Source: Eledone cirrhosa (lineage: Eukaryota). Taken from it: a stretch of 64,000 nucleotides of DNA. The position numbers and the translations under genes were made by a program. The notes under the pieces were generated by a model. It made no database searches. It was given only the letters and a program-made list of their open reading frames with translations, and was not told the origin of the DNA. The DNA is taken from the NCBI GenBank assembly GCA_964016885.1, contig OZ024743.1, positions 67,766,001 to 67,830,000 on the forward strand. The letters run 5' to 3'. Positions 22,931-39,830 of this stretch are shown here, one piece after another. How positions within the stretch are numbered: position 1 is the stretch's first letter; every line of letters begins with the position of its first letter.

Positions 22931-25900
22931 CAAACAACAAAACCAAAGCAGCACAGCAACTACAGCAAAAAACGAGAAAAACAAACAGAGAAAAACAAAA
23001 ACAAAAAAAGAAACCCCAAAAACGTAAAGAAAATAAGAATGAAGAGAGAAGCAGGCGGACGGACAGAGAAGAGGGGGGAAAAAGTAAAACTTAAAAAACA
23101 AAAACTAAGTCAGACATTCGAATACTACATTACAATGAAACTTATGCTTATTCATTTTTGGGGCCCTTTCTGCCCGTGTGTTTGTTTGTTTATGTGTGTT
23201 CGTATACAGCGTGGTGATAATGCCACACAAGGGCCAAGTGGGATGGCCGATCCACAGATGGCTATGTAAACATACATTCGCCAATCCTCGATAAGAGTGT
23301 TTAAATATCGAACATAAACAGTTCGAATAACGGTGAAATGGAGACTAGAACGTCATGTGACAGACTCTCACCCAACAGGTGCCCCCTGGCTCAGCAGCAG
23401 GAACCTGACTGTCAACCAAATACTGCTGATGTTGGAGGAAGAAGAAGAAGGAAAGGGGCCAGAACCAACTGGACGAAAGAATTGAATAGAACTGCTATGC
23501 AATGCTACCTGAAAAGTAACCCCAAGGAGAGGGGCTACAGGAGACGGATGCATAACATCTGGAACGAGATTGGTTTATTTAAATTAGATGAACAAAAATT
23601 GACCGGGCAGGCTCGGGTAATAAGAACTAATGGGTGGATAAGCGAGCTGGAACTGAAGGAACTGAGCAGAGAGAATGGCTTGGAGATGGCGGGTGTAGTA
23701 TGCCAGACAAGCGAGCCGGCGGGAAATGAAGGTGAGGAGGTCCTGAGAACGGAGGAACCACCCGAAGCAGACAATGATCTGAATACTGAGATAAATAATA
23801 CCTGGAACAGAGATACGGCCACTGAGGAGATGAATGCTGACGGGCTAGGACAAGATTCGGTTGACATCCTAAATTTAGTGGTAGATGAGTTGAACAATGA
23901 TAGTGGGAGACCTATGAACCTAAGATTTGTAGACAGGAAAAAGTTAAAAGAAACAACAGCTAAGGTAAACAAAGTCATCCCATACCTTGAGGCGAGGAGT
24001 CTTCACCAGTGCAACAATATCCTCAAAGCAACAGCAAATACGGTGAGGAAACTACTTGGTATAAAAGCGAGAGGAAACAACAGACAAGAAAGAGCAGAGC
24101 CGTGGTGGAAGAAGCGACTGAGTGGGCAAATCGGGGAAATGAGAAATGACATAGGAAAGCTTGAGTCACTACTGAATGGGACACTAAAAAACATAGGCAC
24201 TAAAAATAGACTGGAAATAAAATACAAAACTAGGAGTAAAAAGCTAAATATTATCATAGAGGAATTGAAGCAACGCATTGTAGCAAAGAGTGCCAAAATC
24301 AGCCGATACGAGAACAGAGTCAGTCAGTATAAACAGAACCGCATGTTCGACAACAACCAGAAGATGCTGTTTGGACAGCTTGAGGGGAAAGAAAGAGGCA
24401 ACGACTTGATCCCTGGGGCGGAACAAGCTAAAACATTCTGGAGAGGAATATGGGAGCAGGATGTTAGACACAATGCCCAGGCAGGGTGGATTGAGACAGT
24501 ACAGAGGGAGATCGGTGAGCAGGCACAACAACAGACTGATTTGAGTATCATAGTTGAAACTCTTAAGGGGCAAGCCAAAAAACTAACCAACTGGAAATCA
24601 CCAGGCCCAGATGGTGTGCAGGGGTATTGGATTAAACATTTAACATCCCTCCACCCGAAGCTGACGGCCATGTTCAATGACTGCTTGGTGTCGGGTGAGG
24701 TGCCAGAGTGGTTGACAAAAGGTACCACAGTTCTGATAATGAAAGACCGAATCAAGGGTAATGATGTTACCAACTATAGACCTATCACATGTCTGCCCGT
24801 AATGTGGAAACTGTTGACGAGCATTGTGTCTGAGGAAATCTACCATCACCTCCACACAAACAACTTGTTACCGGACGAACAGAAAGGATGCCGAAAGAAG
24901 TCACGTGGTACAAAGGACCAGTTGCTTATTGATAAGATGGTAATGGGGAATTGCAGGAGGAGACACACTGATCTTGCCATGGGATGGATAGACTACAGAA
25001 AGGCATTTGACATGGTGCCTCATTCCTGGATCACCAAAAGCCTGGAGATCTTCAGGGTGGCAGATAACATCAGACAGTTGCTGGGCAGGAGTATGGGGTC
25101 CTGGGAGACAGAGTTGACATCAACTGGAGTATCCTTGGGAAGCGTGAAGATCAAGAGAGGTATCTTCCAGGGAGATAGCCTGTCCCCTCTGTTGTTTGTC
25201 CTTGCCCTGATGCCCTTGACCATTATGCTGCGAAAAGTGAGAGCAGGATACAAGTTGGGAAGGGGAGAGCTTACCATCAATCACCTCCTCTTCATGGACG
25301 ATCTTAAGCTCTTCGGGAAAAGTGAGAAGGAGTTGGATGTGCTTGTTGACACTGTCCGTATTTTCAGCAGTGATATATGTATGCAGTTTGGTATTGGTAA
25401 ATGTGGAGTCATTGTGATGAAGGGGGGTAGGTTGAGCAGAAGTAACGGGATCCAGATACCAACAGGTGAGATGATAAAGGAAATTGACTCTGAGGAAGGA
25501 TACAAGTATTTGGGCGTTCTGGAGGCTGATTGCATAAAGAACAAAAAAATGAAGGAATTGTTAAGAACTGAATACATTCGGAGAGTAAGGAGCGTATTGA
25601 AGTCACATCTGAACAGCAGAAATGCCATAAGCGCAGTAAATTTCCCGAGCTGTGTCTATTATTAGGTACAGTGCGGGAATTCTGAGATGGAATGTTGCTG
25701 AACAAAAAGAAATGGATAGGAAGACTAGGAAGCTATTGACTATCTACAACATGTTCCACAAGAGGAGTGATGTCGATAGATTCTACCTAAGGAGATCTGA
25801 GGGTGGAAGAGGCCTTATCAGCATAGAGGACTGTGTTCAGATGGAGAAAAACAACCTATACAAATACGTGACCTATAGTAAGGAGCCAATGCTCAGAACT

Positions 25901-26830
25901 GTACTGAAGGAGGGGACAGTAGGCCAGGGGATATCCAAGGAGGAAATAACATCAAGGAGGAAGAGCAGCCTTAAGGGAAAATCCCTTCATAGTACCTTCT
26001 TTGAGAAAACTGAATTTAGAGATCCACAGACATGGAACTGGTTGAGAAGAGGAGACCTCAAAAAGGCTACAGAAGGAATGCTAATGGCTGCGCAGGAGCA
26101 GGCCCTCAAAACGAAGTGGTTGAAGCACCATATCTACAAGGAGGAGGCTAGCCCACTGTGCAGGATCTGTGGAGAGAGAGAGGAGACTGTGGCTCACATT
26201 GTGTCCGAGTGTAAACACCTAGCCCAGACCCACTATAAGGGCTGGAGACACGATGTGATGGGTAGGGTGATCCACTGGCACCAGTGCAAAGTAAACAATC
26301 TACCACATTCTGAGAAATGGTATGAGCATAGGCCAGAGGCGGTGATGGAGAACAGTCAGGTGAAGGTGCTGTGGGATTTTAGGATACAGACGGACAAAAA
26401 ACTGGAACACAATAGACCTGACCTGGTGGTTGTGGACAAAGAAAAAAGATCGTGCCTGATTGTGGATGTGGCCTGCCCGTTCGACACGAGAGTGCAAGAG
26501 AAGGAGAGGGAGAAAATTAACCGATACCAGGACCTAAAGTGGGAGGTGAAAAGGATTTGGAACTGCCATGAAGTCAAAGTGATCCCGATTGTCATAGGCG
26601 CACTGGGGACTATCTCCAAAGGTTTCCAGGGATGGTTAAAGAAAATCGGCCCCTTCACGCTTTTTGGAACGCTTCAAAAGGCATGCTTGCTTGGAACAGC
26701 AAGAACCCTCCGATACGTCCTGAATATCTGAGGCTGCAGGTAGTGGCTTGATATTCAATCCAACGGACTTTCCAGTTAACCAACAGCAATGACTGAGATT
26801 CAAGGAATAACAATAATAATAACATAATGA
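22926..26830 (+). mobile_element. R4/Dong-clade non-LTR retrotransposon, near full length
   Basis: Single RT-RLE ORF; (AAT)n at the 5' flank (22878-22925) and an AAT-type 3' tail (26806-26830); exact 5' end uncertain. Confidence 0.85.
23338..26731 (+). CDS. RT plus restriction-like endonuclease polyprotein (about 1130 aa once one +1 frameshift at about 25641 is removed)
   Basis: WKSPGPDG, NYRPITCL, IDYRKAFDMVPH, GIFQGDSLSPLLF, LFMDDLKL, YKYLG; CRICG..ETVAHIVSEC, RHD, NRPDLVVVD..VDVACP..KINRYQDL. Confidence 0.9.
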
Positions 26831-26985
26831 GGGGAAGAAAAATTAATTTTCACATACATGTTCATTCAGAGAAGAGAGTTCATTTCTCTGTCCATCCTTC
26901 TCTGCTAATAGCTTGGTTGTGACTGGAAAGAGTAGCAGAAGGGGGGGGGGGGAGAGGACAAGAAGAAGAAGAATATATATATATG

Positions 26986-27016
<31 letters not shown>

Positions 27017-27329
27017 TTATTAAAATAAAAGATTAAAGTTTAAGCAAAGAATCGCTGCTTTCACCCTTAACGGGATCTTCTGAAATATATATATTTATAA
27101 TGACATGCTGATGTTACATATATCGTTTATTCATTATAATTATTTCAACGGTTCTCCCAAGCAATCAAGATGGGATTCATGCATTTGTTGCTGTTATTGC
27201 ATTGAGCTGATAAAACACTTATATATGTACACAGAGAGAGATAGAGAGAGACACACATACACACGCACACACACAAATACAAACACACACACAAACACAC
27301 ACACACACACACACACATACACACACACC

Positions 27330-27395
<66 letters not shown>

Positions 27396-27698
27396 CAATA
27401 TATTAAAAAATGGAAACTATATTTATAAAACCATATTTACTTCATTATACATATTTCAAGGGCCACCAGAGCAAACTATGGTGCGCTTTCATTAGATAAA
27501 ATATAATATAGGTTAGTTTTATAAATAAATATTGACATACCCTTAAAAAATGCAACCATTCTGGTTGGAATCTCCTTGATAGTGGAGTTATTAGATTTAT
27601 TGTTGGTTTATTATGCAAATTAGTGTTGGAAAGGTTTAAAACAGTATATTTAAATTAAGCCGTTGGAATAGGGAAAAAAGAAAAGAAAAAATGAAGGA

Positions 27699-27730
<32 letters not shown>

Positions 27731-27833
27731 GAGAAACCTGAGTATATTTCAGGGAGAGAGAATAGCGTAATTTTGAGAGAAGAGGCGAAGAAAATAAATA
27801 TAGAGTGGATGTATACCGTAAGATGGATAAATT

Positions 27834-28020
27834 CAATAATTGTTTCTACTTTAGACACAAGGTCAGCAATTACCCAGTGCATTACTGGTACTTTATTGTA
27901 TTGACCCCGTAAGGATGAAAGGCAAAGTCAACCTCGGCGGGATTTGAACTCAGATCGGAAAGGGACGTAACTATGCTGGAAAGCATGGCGTCCGACCCTC
28001 TACCGATACTGCCAATCCAA
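27834..28020 (-). mobile_element. SINE family 1
   Basis: Near-identical reverse complement of 734-862 plus tail. Confidence 0.9.
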
Positions 28021-28493
28021 CTAATAACAGATACTAATAAAAAAACTAATAAAAAAAGATAGATAAAACAATAATAAAGTTAAGTTGAAGAATTTATCTA
28101 ATGTTTAATTAATAATGTTTAATTAATAATTTTGATTAAATGTTTAATTAATAATTTATCAATTCAATCCGTAGTTTAAATGTTTAAATGTGTATGTTGT
28201 ATTATATTATTATTAAAAATATATATTATTAAAAACAGTGTATTTAAATTAAGCCGTTGGAATATACTCAGGTTTCTCTCTTTCTTTCTTTCTTTCCTTC
28301 ATTTTTTTTCTTTTCTTTTTTCCCTATTCCAACGGCTTAATTTAAATATACTGTTTTAAACATTTCCAACACTAATTTGCATAATAAACCAACAATAAAT
28401 CTGATAACTCCACTATCAAGGAGAATTCAACCAGAATGGTTGCATTTTTTAAGGGTATGTCAATATTTATTTATAAAACTAACCTATATTATA

Positions 28494-28555
28494 TTTTATC
28501 TGATGAAAGCGCACCATAGTTTGCTCTGGTGGCCCTTGAAATATGTATAATGAAA
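28494..28555 (+). ncRNA. minimal type I hammerhead ribozyme (family A)
   Basis: TTTTAT-CTGATGA-AAG..CACCA/TGGTG..CTT-GAAAT-ATGT-ATA-ATGAAA; AUA cleavage triplet; left-arm copy reads CTAATGA. Confidence 0.7.
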
Positions 28556-28891
28556 TAAATATGGTTTTATAAATATAGTTTCCATTTGTTAATATATTGT
28601 ATATTTACTCCAATAATTTGTTGAGTGCTTTATATCAGATATAAAAATATTTTGCTTGTTGTATCCCAACAAATTAAATGTAACCTCTACATATATATAT
28701 ATATATATTAAATATATATAAATGTAATATTAATGCGAGTAAATTTTACCCATTTACTTTGGTGTTTTGTTAGCTGAATTCAATAACAGAGTCATGCAGA
28801 GCTGTTATATAGATATTCTGTTTACAAACCAAAGAAGTGTCTCTTATTTAATGCCTTGAACTCTTAAATTATTTGGTTTGTAAACAAATTG

Positions 28892-28943
<52 letters not shown>

Positions 28944-29035
28944 GATGGGGGGAGATATGGTCGTGTATGTGTGTGTATGTATGTCTGTGTGTGTGTGCGT
29001 GTATGTGTGTGTGTGTGTGCGTGTGTGTGTGTGTG

Positions 29036-29149
<114 letters not shown>

Positions 29150-29646
29150 TTATGTCAGGTAATTTGGTGGTTCGACAATAGGTGACGGAAAATTAAATAC
29201 CAAACTTAATATAGATAAGAACTGTGGTCTGTTTCATGAAGTGAATGCTTGCATTACAATGCGGCTGTGACACCACAGAGTATTGACCGGAGCCAGTAAA
29301 CGAATGCAATAAAAAATGAATAATAGAACCCGAAGTTACGTTATATTTCTTCTACTCTTCAGATTTCTGGGTTTAGCCAAGAACGTATCGTTCATCTACG
29401 CCATATTAAACAGACTTCCTTTTAGAGAATCGCTTATTCTGTCTCTCCTTTCAGAGAGGTGATTTAACTCATATTTTCAAAAACTCAATATTCCTTTCCC
29501 AATATATTATTCTAAATGTATGTCTTTTTTATAGTTTTCAAAACCAAATAGATTAGTGAAGCACCACTCTTAATGCTGTGCACTCTCTCACACATAAATT
29601 CCATTGCATAAACAACGGATTTACAGATTGAGAAAATACATTTATC

Positions 29647-32290
<2,644 letters not shown>

Positions 32291-32639
32291 GTTGTATGTT
32301 AGTGCGTGTGTGTGTTTGTATCTGTGTGTGTGTTCATGTGTGTGTCGGTGTATCTCAGTACGTGTGGGCCTATGTGTATGTTTGCGAATATATGCGAATA
32401 TATATACAAGAGTGAGCACTGTAATTGTGAGCAATTGTGTGTAGTGTCCTATAAACAAAGAGATTGAGAGGCCATCTTGGAAATGTGTGTACCTGTGTTT
32501 GTGTGTGTGTGTGCGGTGGTGTGCGGCAGTGCCCTAAGATTCGACTGATAATATAGTTGGCAGATATTTCCCATAATTCTTCTTTACAGATGTGTCCCAG
32601 ATAAAATAACCGAAACAACAAACATAAAAACAGCCACGA

Positions 32640-34060
32640 ATGTGAACAACAACAGCAACAACAACAACAACAACAACAACAACAGCCACCAATGTGAACC
32701 ACAAAAACTAGCCGCAACGTGAACCAGAACAAATGCAACAACTGCAGCACCACTGCAAACAGCAGCACCCATCTAACAACAACAGCAGCAGCACCCATCT
32801 AACAACGACTGCAGCACCACTACAATCAACAGCAACCAACTAACAACAACCGCAGCACCCTCCTAACAACAACTGCAGCACCCATCTAACAACAATTGCA
32901 GCACAACTACCATCAACAGCAACCATCTAACAACAACATCAGCACCACTACAACCAGCATCACCCATCTAATAATAACTGCAGCACCATTACACACAGCA
33001 GCACCCATCTAACACCAACTGCAGCACCACTACAACAGCAGTACCATCTAACAACAACAGCAGCACCACTACAACAGCAGCACCCATCTAACAACAACAG
33101 CAGCACCACTACAACCAGCAGCACACATCTAACACCAACTGCAGCACTATTACAAACAACAGCACCCATCTAACAACAACTGCAGCACCACTACAACCAG
33201 CAGCACCCATCCAACAAAAACAGCAGCACCACTACAACAGCAGCACCCATCTAACAACAACAGCAGCACTCATCCAACAATAACAGCAGCACCATTACAA
33301 CAGCATCAACCATCTAACAACAACAGCAGCAACTGTAACCTCGACTCTCAACAACACAACAGCAACTACTACCAATGCAACTATCGTTACCCACCACCAC
33401 CACCACCACCACCACCACCACCACCACCACCATCAACAACTACAGCAACACCAACTACAACACATACAACTATAGTGACCCACCACCACCACTATCATCA
33501 TCATCTAGAACAGCAATGACAACAAATACAACGATCACCACCGCCATCACCACCAATACCATCGCCACCACCATCACCACCACCATAATCATCAACAAGA
33601 ACAACTACTATTACAAAATATAAAACCACAGTGACCCACCGCCAACACCACCACCATCATCACCACCACCATCACCACCACCACAATCATCAACAAGAAC
33701 AATTACTACTACAACATATACAACCATAGTGACCCACCGCCAACACCACCACCACCACCACCACCACCACCATCACCACCACCACCCTCATCAACAAGAA
33801 CAACTACTACTACAACATATACAACCACAGTAACCCACCGCCAACACGACCACCACCAGCACCACCAGCACCACCACCATCACCACCACCACAATCATCA
33901 ACAAGAACAACTACTACTACAACATATACAACCACAATGACCCACCGCCAACACCACCACCTCCACCACCACCTCCAGTACCACCACCATCACCATCTCA
34001 ACTACCACCACCACAACAACAGCCATCCACAACAACAACAGCAACACCGAAACCAACGGC
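32640..34060. repeat. CA-rich minisatellites
   Basis: About 36-39 bp unit CAGCACCCATCTAACAACAACAGCAGCACCACTACAA (32740-33330) and about 90-100 bp unit ..GACCCACCGCCAACACCACC..ATCAACAAGAACAACTACTAC.. (33460-33960). Confidence 0.9.
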
Positions 34061-34869
34061 CTCGATTACCATAACAATTTTCAAACAATGAGATTAACTA
34101 TATGTGCTTGATCAATATGCTAGAAATAGTAGCTATATCACTATCAAATGACTGCATACTGCTTTAAAAATGACAACTGTGAGTAATGTGACGCTGTATT
34201 TCTAGCACATAAGAAAACAACGGAATCATCTTGGCTGTAACGCTTTTCCATTATAATCCTGTTCGACCAGGTTTCATGTGGTACTAAACAATCAACGAAA
34301 CGCCAATACCATTATCGCTAAAATTACGAATAACATCAACCTACAAGATCTCCCTTACCATCCTCCGGGGAAACGCCTTCTCCATTTTATCCGCCGAGGC
34401 TGTGGAGGGCGGGGGGGGGGGGGGGGCACCAATATGATTACCTAACCCTTTCATTACCATATTTCAAATGAAATATTTTGTGCAGGTTATTTTATTATTT
34501 GTTAAGACCCTAACCTATCAAGTTGACTATTTTGGGGTTCTCACCATTAAACAATGAAATACATTCTAACAGAGAGCTTGAGTCTTCACAATTGACCTGC
34601 CGTATTTGATCATTTTGACACCACCTCGTAATTTCCATATTGATTTAAAAGAAATTAGTGTTTCCTGTGTAAAGATACGAATGAGCATATATATATATAT
34701 ATATACATTTTTTTATATATAAAAACTTAGACCACTGAGCGTGTGCGCATAAACGCACCTGCACCGTGTCGTATTTATGACAGTATTGTATAAGCTCAAT
34801 GTACAAGAACAGAGCCGTTATATGTAAAAGAAATCAAAGAACGCCTACATACTCATACACTTTTTATTT

Positions 34870-34914
34870 GCTAACAATGTTTCAGCCATACCATTTCGCA
34901 GGATTCATCAGAGC
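34870..34914 (-). ncRNA. minimal type I hammerhead ribozyme
   Basis: Minus strand GCT-CTGATGA-ATCCTGC..GTATGGCT-GAAAC-ATT-GTT-AGC then AATAAA; homolog of 15913-15957. Confidence 0.6.
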
Positions 34915-35149
34915 TATAAAAATAAAATTACAATGCTGAGTAGAGGCTCTACCGAGATTCGTCATATGAGCATGCATTAGAAATACAATAGAGGCCAACC
35001 AGAGGGAGATCGGAAATAGCGAGTATTGAGAGAGTGCATAGTGGGGTTGTTATTCAGCACTACAGCTAAAAGCAATGGTACAGGCAGATTTTTCAAGATG
35101 CAGAAGCACGTGAGGGCACACAAAAGCCAATAATATAAACAATAGATAA

Positions 35150-35484
<335 letters not shown>

Positions 35485-35664
35485 AAACATCACGGAGGCT
35501 CTATCTCAAAATTACTTTTGAAAAGCATTAGAAATGCGCAACCGGTAAAACTTATAACCAAAACTGAATACTAACCAATACTATTACTAATTTTCACCTA
35601 TTCCTAATTAAACTATTTTTCCCTGTGAACAATTTGTCAGCATGTTCTTTTCCGTTTACCAATA

Positions 35665-35703
<39 letters not shown>

Positions 35704-35817
35704 TAGATAAAGAGCGCCTCAGGACGAAGACAATGGTTTCAAACAAAGCAAAGGCGGTCAGCCCTATCTCCTCAGGCTGGAATTTCGGTACATTTAGGTC
35801 GATATCTATTATTCCAG

Positions 35818-35904
<87 letters not shown>

Positions 35905-35905
35905 G

Positions 35906-35951
<46 letters not shown>

Positions 35952-36771
35952 CACATATATTTGTGTGTGTATTTGTATGTGTATGTGTGTGTTTGTGTAT
36001 GTGTGTGTGCGTGTTTCTTTGTTTGTTTGTGTGTGTGTTTGTTCAGATAAATATACTTCATTCTTTAAATTTTATTTTTGTGTTGTTTGATATAGATTTG
36101 GAAATTTATTTTCAGATTGAAACATTTCCATATTTCGGCAAAGCCGCCCTTCATAAGCATCAACTGGTACACTTAGAGTTTTAATGTTTCTTCGTCTACC
36201 AATGTTAACCATATCAAGTGAAGCCGAATATGAAGATTTCCTGTCCCGCAAAGGCTAGCATAGTGACACTTCTACCCATTGAATTGACAGTTCTCACTAT
36301 AGCATAAGATATATTATATCTGACACTAAATTATAACCGCAGCTTTTAGTCGCATATCTGTCAGTACAACCCGAGACAAGGTCCTTAAATAACTTTTTAT
36401 TTACATAAGATTTCATTGCAAATGTTTGTTTTCTCCTTATGTGTGTGTGGCTCTGTGTTTGTGTCTACATGTGTCAATGCGCGTCTGCATGTGTGTGTGT
36501 CTGTTTGAATGTGACTGTGGATATGTCTGTGTCTATGCGTTTGTATATATAGGTGCTTTTGTGTTTTTCAATGATGTATATAAATTGCATTGTATGTGAG
36601 CTTGTGTTTGCGTTTGTTTCTGTGTGTGTATTTGTACGTATGTCTGATTGATTATGTTTGTGCATATGTATGTGTGTATACATGTGTATATGTGTGTATG
36701 TGTGTGTGCATGTGTGTGATTGTGTGTGTTTCCGGAGATGTATATACATTTAATTATATATGTGTGTTTAT

Positions 36772-36950
36772 GCAGCATAGAGTTACGGCATTTTATGATC
36801 TGAGCTCAAATCCCACCGAGGTTAACTTTGCCTTTCATCCTTATGGGGTCGATAAAATAAAGTACCAGTCACGCACTGGGGTCGATTTAATCGACTTTCC
36901 CCTCCCCCCCCCCAAATTACTGGCCTTGTGCCTATATAAGAAACCATTAT
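36772..36950 (+). mobile_element. SINE family 1, 5'-truncated
   Basis: Body plus tail GGCCTTGTGCCTATATAAGAAACCATTAT. Confidence 0.85.
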
Positions 36951-37477
36951 ATACGTGTGTTTATGATAGGATTCGTGTCTGCGCCTGTGTATGTGCGTGT
37001 GTTTCTATGTGTCTGTTTGCATATATGTCTATGTTATGGGTGTATATGTGTGTATCCGTATGTGCATGTGCATGTGTGTGTATGTGTATGCTTGTTCGTA
37101 TGTTTAGAGGGTTGATTGGATTGTGGAAGGACATCAATTTTGTTGCGGTTTATCTGTCACTTAAATGTTGGAGTTGGTTAACAGTTAATTAAAACACTCT
37201 CATTAAGTCGATTCTGATTTTAATGCTTTAGTTCATTGATATTGTTTATTGTTAGATTAGCGATATTTTTATAATAAAAAAGGATCGAATGTGCGTAAAA
37301 TAGATTATTTTCGGTTTTTCTTCTCTCATAGAATATGGTTTGTGTCTTTTTAAAAGGTGATTGTTAAGATTCTCTGCTGCTGCAACATAGATTAAGTAAC
37401 ATAGTAATGGTCACAACAGATACAGGTAGACATATAGAAACATGTCGGCGGCAGCTTTGTAATTTACTATGTATAAA

Positions 37478-37668
37478 ATAATTTATTCTACTTTTGGCAT
37501 AAGGCCAGCAATTATTCCAGTGTATTACTGGTACTTTATTTTATCGACCCCGTAAGGATGAAAGGCAACGGTAAACTCCATTGGATTTGAACTCAGATCG
37601 TAAAGGGACGTAACTCTTTGCGTCAAAGCATGGCGTACGACTCTCTACTGATACTGCCAATCCACTCC
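37478..37668 (-). mobile_element. SINE family 1
   Basis: Reverse complement of the family. Confidence 0.85.
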
Positions 37669-37988
37669 CAAGTATAAAATAATAAGGGTTATTCCTATGA
37701 AAGGGAGTATAATTTATGTGATAGTTTTGAAGGAGATGACTAGGGTTTTTACCTCTTTACACCTAATTTAATATGTGGAGGGTAAGTAAGGACGGGTTGA
37801 GACGTATGGGGGGGGAGGTATCTGTGCAGGTGGGGGGAAGAGGTTTATTGGATTCGCTTTGTTAACGTTATTGACAGGGCGTTTAAAACACACACACACA
37901 CTCACACACACACACACACATACATGTATGCATATTTATATAGGGGTGCGTTTTTCTGTGTTTCTGTGTGTGTGTTTCTGTGAGTATA

Positions 37989-38020
<32 letters not shown>

Positions 38021-38207
38021 CATACATACATTCATCCATGCATATATATATAGATAGATACGTATACATGCATATATACTTAGGCACTCTATTACAAACA
38101 TCTATCAAATATAACACATAGGTGACAGTCTGTTTGTCCTTGATTACATGATATGGTGTCATTCTCTCTTTCTCTGTATCTCACCCCCAATGTATTACCC
38201 TACCTCT

Positions 38208-38291
<84 letters not shown>

Positions 38292-38326
38292 GTGTATATA
38301 TACATGTATATATATATATATATATA

Positions 38327-38957
<631 letters not shown>

Positions 38958-38976
38958 GTATTTATATATATATATG

Positions 38977-39027
<51 letters not shown>

Positions 39028-39057
39028 GATATTAACTATATTTATAAAACCATATTT

Positions 39058-39120
39058 ATTTCATTATACATATTTCAAGGACACCACGTTAAATTATGGT
39101 ATGCTTTCATCAGACAAAAT
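39058..39120 (-). ncRNA. minimal type I hammerhead ribozyme (family A)
   Basis: Minus strand ATTTTGT-CTGATGA-AAGCATACCAT..GTGGTGTCCTT-GAAAT-ATGT-ATA-ATGAAAT. Confidence 0.65.
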
Positions 39121-39314
39121 ACAATATATATCAGTTATAAAAATATTTGCTTGTTGTATCCCAACAATTTAAATAGAACTTTTGCATATATTTATATATA
39201 TATATTAGTTCTCATTTAGCTAGCACTAATAATAAGAAAATTAGGGACAGCTACTGCTCTTTACTTACCACTAATCTAGATAGTCCTATTAATAACTTAC
39301 CATCCGAGCAGACC

Positions 39315-39830
39315 TTGTTGTCTAATAACCCTAGGAGTAATACTTCGCGCAATCAGCTAATCACTAGTACCCGGAAGTGTAATTGTAGATTAAGTAATAG
39401 CTGCCCTTTAAATGGTAACTGCCTCTCTAGGAATATTGTTTATGCATGTGATGTTAAGACTAATTCTTCTTGTAAAACATTTATAGGCTCCACATCTAAT
39501 ACTTTTAAAACTAGGTTTAATTCGCATGCCTCTAATTTTAAGCATATCAAATTTAAAAACTCTACTTCTTTGGCACACCACATTTGGGATTTAAAAGGGA
39601 ATAATATACCGTACAGTCTGCATTGGCGCATTGTAGCCTGCTCTAATCACCTTTCCACCCACGCTAAATTCTGCAATCTTTGTATTCTAGAGACCCATTC
39701 TATAATTTTCTCTAGGAACGTATTGCTTAATAGAAAATCGGAAACATTTTCTTCCTGTCCGCATGCTATCTCTAATTCCTTCTTCTATTATAAACCTAAA
39801 AGCTCAGGTAGTTTAAACCGTATCCATTAG
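39315..39830 (+). CDS. PLE C-terminal GIY-YIG endonuclease fragment (Nematis-like)
   Basis: CNCR..CPLNGNCL..NIVY..FIGST..FKTRFNSH..TSLAHHIWDLK..W.I..CNLC.LE..LLNRKSE..CPH. Confidence 0.85.
   Translation: MLSNNPRSNTSRNQLITSTRKCNCRLSNSCPLNGNCLSRNIVYACDVKTNSSCKTFIGSTSNTFKTRFNSHASNFKHIKFKNSTSLAHHIWDLKGNNIPYSLHWRIVACSNHLSTHAKFCNLCILETHSIIFSRNVLLNRKSETFSSCPHAISNSFFYYKPKSSGSLNRIH

Larger units (their letters stand above)
27391..28690. mobile_element. family A fold-back element with HHR
   Basis: Arms 27391-27750 / 28260-28604, tail 28605-28690, SINE in the spacer, TA flanks. Confidence 0.85.

Noticed and set aside
25638-25646. Programmed -1 frameshift at A_AAU_UUC in the R4/Dong ORF
   Set aside because: The downstream ORF is in the +1 frame, so a single-base insertion explains the break.
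32640-34060. Mucin- or extensin-like coding repeat
   Set aside because: Frequent stops and frame changes; no long ORF.
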